Origin: Eledone cirrhosa
Taxonomy: Eukaryota
DNA: 64,000 nucleotides
Direction: 5' to 3'
Assembly (NCBI GenBank): GCA_964016885.1
Contig: CAXHJY010001474.1
Span: forward strand, 1-64,000
Shown: positions 61,018 through 64,000 of the stretch, piece after piece
Position numbering within the stretch: position 1 is the stretch's first letter
Layout of the letters: each line of letters starts with the position of its first letter
Program-made: the position numbers and the translations under genes
The notes under the pieces: generated by a model
What the model was told of the DNA's origin: nothing
The model's input: the letters and a program-made list of their open reading frames with translations, nothing else
Databases searched by the model: none

Positions 61018-64000
61018 ATGATGGATGGACTACGGAATTCTGGAGAGTTGAAGAGAGAAAAATGTGGACGCTCAGCGACAATGCCAAAGATAAAGCCAAA
61101 TTCACCTCGTGGACGAGAATGCAAGCACTCCTCCTTGTTTCGGCCCAGGATGGCTAACATAACCCCATCCCCCCCCCCCGCGCCCCACCGCTCCCACCCT
61201 CCAAACGCAATCCAAAACTTCAGAGTTGGTACCATGAATGTAGGCACCTTAAAGGGTCGCTCTAACGAGGTTGTAGAAATGCTTGAACGTAAGGAGGTCG
61301 ATGTTTGTTGTATTCAAGAGACCAGGTGGAGGGGAGTGTCGGCTAGATTCATCGTGGGTAAAGAGCGATGCTATAAGCTTTTCTGGGTGGGAAATGACAA
61401 TGGGTTGGGTGGGGTAGGAATCATGGTAGCAGAAAAGTGGGCAGATAAGATAATAGACGTAAATAGAGTGAACGACAGAATAATTAAAATAAGACTTGTC
61501 CTCAATAAAACTACGGTGACAGTAATATCTGCGTACGCACCCCAATCCGGACTGCCCCGCGCTATAAAAGACAGATTCTACGAGACACTGATGCTCGCTA
61601 CCTCCCAAATAACCGACAGTGACTATATAGTTATTGCAGGCGACCTAAATGGTCACGTTGGACAACATTGTGACGGCTATGACGGAATCCATGGAGGCTA
61701 TGGGTTCGGTACTAGAAATGAGGAAGGCTCCAGAATCCTGGAATTCTGCGACGCAAATAACTTAACTATCTGTAACACTAACTTCAAAAAACGAGACAAT
61801 CACTTGATCACCTATAGATCGGGGGAACACACAAGCCAGGTAGATTATATCCTTACCAGAAGACGTGACAGAGTGTCTGTTGTTAACACTAAATCCCACC
61901 CCCATGAAGAATTCACCTCCCAACATAGACTGATAATTAGCGACCTCATAGTCAGGACGAGACGTACTAGACAGCGAAAGAGGACTATCCTCAGGAGAAA
62001 AATATGGAAGCTAAAGGACCCCATAGCCAGAAATAAATTTCAAAGCAAATTACTTGACGCTTTCGACAGTAAGGAAGAGCAATTAGAGTCGTATAATATA
62101 GAGGAACAGTGGGAATTCCTGAGAGCAAACCTGCTGACGGCGGCAGACGAAGTCTGTGGCTGGAGCAGGCCTGTAGGTAGGAGGAGAGTAACATGGTGGT
62201 GGAACAGTAAGGTGGAGGAGTCAATTAAGGCCAAAAAGCAGGCTTGGAAAGTATGGCGGGATGGGGGAAGTAGAGAAGACTATCAAGTGGCCAGGAGGGA
62301 AGCTAGGAGACAAGTGTACTTCGCAAGAAGGGAAGCAGAGGAAAGAAAGTTCAAGCATGTTCTACAACGTGAGGACCAAAAACGTGAGGTGTTCAGGATT
62401 GCCAGGCAATGTGTCAAGGAAAACCGTGATATTGTCGGGGAGAAGTGTGTACTTAACGATGATGGCATACTTGCCATCACCGACGCTGATAAGAAGGTAG
62501 CTTGGAAGTGTCACTACGAAAGGCTTCTAAATGAGAACAAATGGGAGAAAGACAGTCTCCCCCAGATCGATCCAATAGAGGGACCAGCAGTGTTAGTTGA
62601 AGGTAGTATAATAAGTAAGGCAATCAAAGATATGAAGACGGGTAAGGCGGCTGGGCCTTCGGAAATAGTTGCTGAGATGCTGAAGGCATCTGGTTCGGTG
62701 GGACACACCATGGTCACCCGGATAGTTAACCAAGTCGTACAGAATGGGGTTGTTCCGAAGGAATGGCGTAGCAGCATCATCGTTAACTGCTATAAGGGAA
62801 AAGGAGATGCCCTAGATAGGAGTAACTATAGAGGCATTAAATTAATCGACCAGGTCATGAAGGTCACGGAAAAAGTAATAGCGCAACTAATCAGAGAGAG
62901 AATTGATCTAGATGAAATGCAGTTCGGGTTTGTGTCAGGCAAAAGTACCACAGACGCTCTTTTCGTTGTACGACAACTACAGGAGAAGTACCTAGCTAAA
63001 AGTAAACCCCTATACTTAGCTTTTGTCGACTTGGAGAAAGCCTTCGACAGAGTCCCCCGTTCCATTATCTGGTGGTCTCTTAGAAAACTAGGTGTTGACG
63101 AATGGCTTGTGAGAGCTATACAAGCCATGTATAAAGAAACAGTCAGTAAGGTTAGAATTAACAACGAATATAGTGAAGAGTTTAGCGTAAAAGTTGGTGT
63201 CCATCAGGGCTCTGTACTTAGCCCCCTACTATTTATTATTGCCCTTCAGGCTATAACAGAGGAGTTCAAGACCGGCTACCCATGGGAACTCCTATACGCA
63301 GATGATCTAACGCTCATAGCTGAATCAATGACCGAACTAGAGAAGAAATTCCAAACGTGGAAGCACGGCCTAGAATCAAAAGGCCTTAAAATTAACCTGG
63401 CTAAGACTAAAGTTCTAGTTTGTAGGAAAGAAAATAAGGCGGCGGTCCCATCGGGGAAATGGCCATGCTCAGTGTGTAGGAAAGGCGTAGGTAGAAACTC
63501 CATTTTATGTCCCAAATGCAAAGTATGGGTGCATAAAAGATGTAGTGGGATCACAGGTAAGCTAACTAAGAACATAGATTTTACATGTGGCCGGTGCTCT
63601 GGTGCAATAAGTAGCAGCAAGTGCCCACAAAATACTAGCTCCTTCAACTGCGCAGAGGGTTCTATAGAAATAGTGGACAGCTTCCGTTATCTGGGTGACA
63701 AAATCAGCAGTGGGGGAGGGTGCTCTGAAAGTACAGTAGCTAGAGTCAGAACTGGATGGAAAAAGTTCAGAGAGCTTATACCACTATTAGCCGCTAGAGG
63801 GTTCTCCCTAAAAATGAAAGGCAGGTTATACGATGCCTGCATACGAACAGCAATGCTGCATGGCAGTGAGACCTGGGCATTGTGTGCAGAGGATATACGC
63901 AGACTAGAGAGGAACGAAGCTTGCATGCTCCGCTGGATGTGCAATAGTAATATACGTGAACGGCAAAGCATAAACGAACTAAGGAAAAAATTAGAAATAA
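61018..64000 (+). CDS. RTE-clade LINE ORF (APE endonuclease + reverse transcriptase), runs off window end
   Basis: Translated by hand from ATG 61018 with no stop seen; absent from the ORF track, consistent with no stop in the window. APE motifs GTMNVGTL, CIQETRW, SAYAPQ, GDLNGHVG, SQVDYIL, SQHRL; RT motifs YRGIKL, QFGF, FVDLEKAFD, GVHQGSVLSPLLF, YADD (63295-63306), FRYLG. Confidence 0.95.
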   Translation, partial: MMDGLRNSGELKREKCGRSATMPKIKPNSPRGRECKHSSLFRPRMANITPSPPPAPHRSHPPNAIQNFRVGTMNVGTLKGRSNEVVEMLERKEVDVCCIQETRWRGVSARFIVGKERCYKLFWVGNDNGLGGVGIMVAEKWADKIIDVNRVNDRIIKIRLVLNKTTVTVISAYAPQSGLPRAIKDRFYETLMLATSQITDSDYIVIAGDLNGHVGQHCDGYDGIHGGYGFGTRNEEGSRILEFCDANNLTICNTNFKKRDNHLITYRSGEHTSQVDYILTRRRDRVSVVNTKSHPHEEFTSQHRLIISDLIVRTRRTRQRKRTILRRKIWKLKDPIARNKFQSKLLDAFDSKEEQLESYNIEEQWEFLRANLLTAADEVCGWSRPVGRRRVTWWWNSKVEESIKAKKQAWKVWRDGGSREDYQVARREARRQVYFARREAEERKFKHVLQREDQKREVFRIARQCVKENRDIVGEKCVLNDDGILAITDADKKVAWKCHYERLLNENKWEKDSLPQIDPIEGPAVLVEGSIISKAIKDMKTGKAAGPSEIVAEMLKASGSVGHTMVTRIVNQVVQNGVVPKEWRSSIIVNCYKGKGDALDRSNYRGIKLIDQVMKVTEKVIAQLIRERIDLDEMQFGFVSGKSTTDALFVVRQLQEKYLAKSKPLYLAFVDLEKAFDRVPRSIIWWSLRKLGVDEWLVRAIQAMYKETVSKVRINNEYSEEFSVKVGVHQGSVLSPLLFIIALQAITEEFKTGYPWELLYADDLTLIAESMTELEKKFQTWKHGLESKGLKINLAKTKVLVCRKENKAAVPSGKWPCSVCRKGVGRNSILCPKCKVWVHKRCSGITGKLTKNIDFTCGRCSGAISSSKCPQNTSSFNCAEGSIEIVDSFRYLGDKISSGGGCSESTVARVRTGWKKFRELIPLLAARGFSLKMKGRLYDACIRTAMLHGSETWALCAEDIRRLERNEACMLRWMCNSNIRERQSINELRKKLEI
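63466..63597 (+). other. C4HC3 PHD-type zinc finger inserted within the RT domain
   Basis: CSVC-x10-CPKC-x4-H-x2-C-x14-CGRC lying between GLKINLAKTK and FRYLG. Confidence 0.85.

Noticed and set aside
60978-63971. Short ORFs listed across the RTE region
   Set aside because: Antisense or off-frame shadows of the single long plus-strand RTE ORF.

Overview
This is eukaryotic, microsatellite-dominated DNA. Its SINE and LINE content resembles an octopod cephalopod, which is my inference from recalled repeat families and was not verified. No host gene is convincingly present, and nearly all listed ORFs are translations of simple repeats. Real coding sequence is retroelement-derived: an apparently intact RTE-clade LINE ORF (61018 to window end; APE, RT, and a PHD-type finger inside the RT), a GIY-YIG Penelope-like element (PLE) relic, two R4/Dong-like 3' fragments, a Tx1/L1-like 3' fragment, RTE-derived non-autonomous elements, tRNA-SINEs and a Helitron-like element. 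The main hidden signal is roughly 20-25 type I hammerhead ribozyme (HHR) motifs, intact or decayed, in at least 8 families of short non-coding elements, mostly inserted in (TA)n tracts. Many of these elements are fold-back palindromes with arms up to ~200 bp, some with an HHR on each strand. Several HHRs have enlarged or branched helix II, and the families share a 3' RTHGAGTRCY motif. All folds were paired by eye and none was computed or tested.
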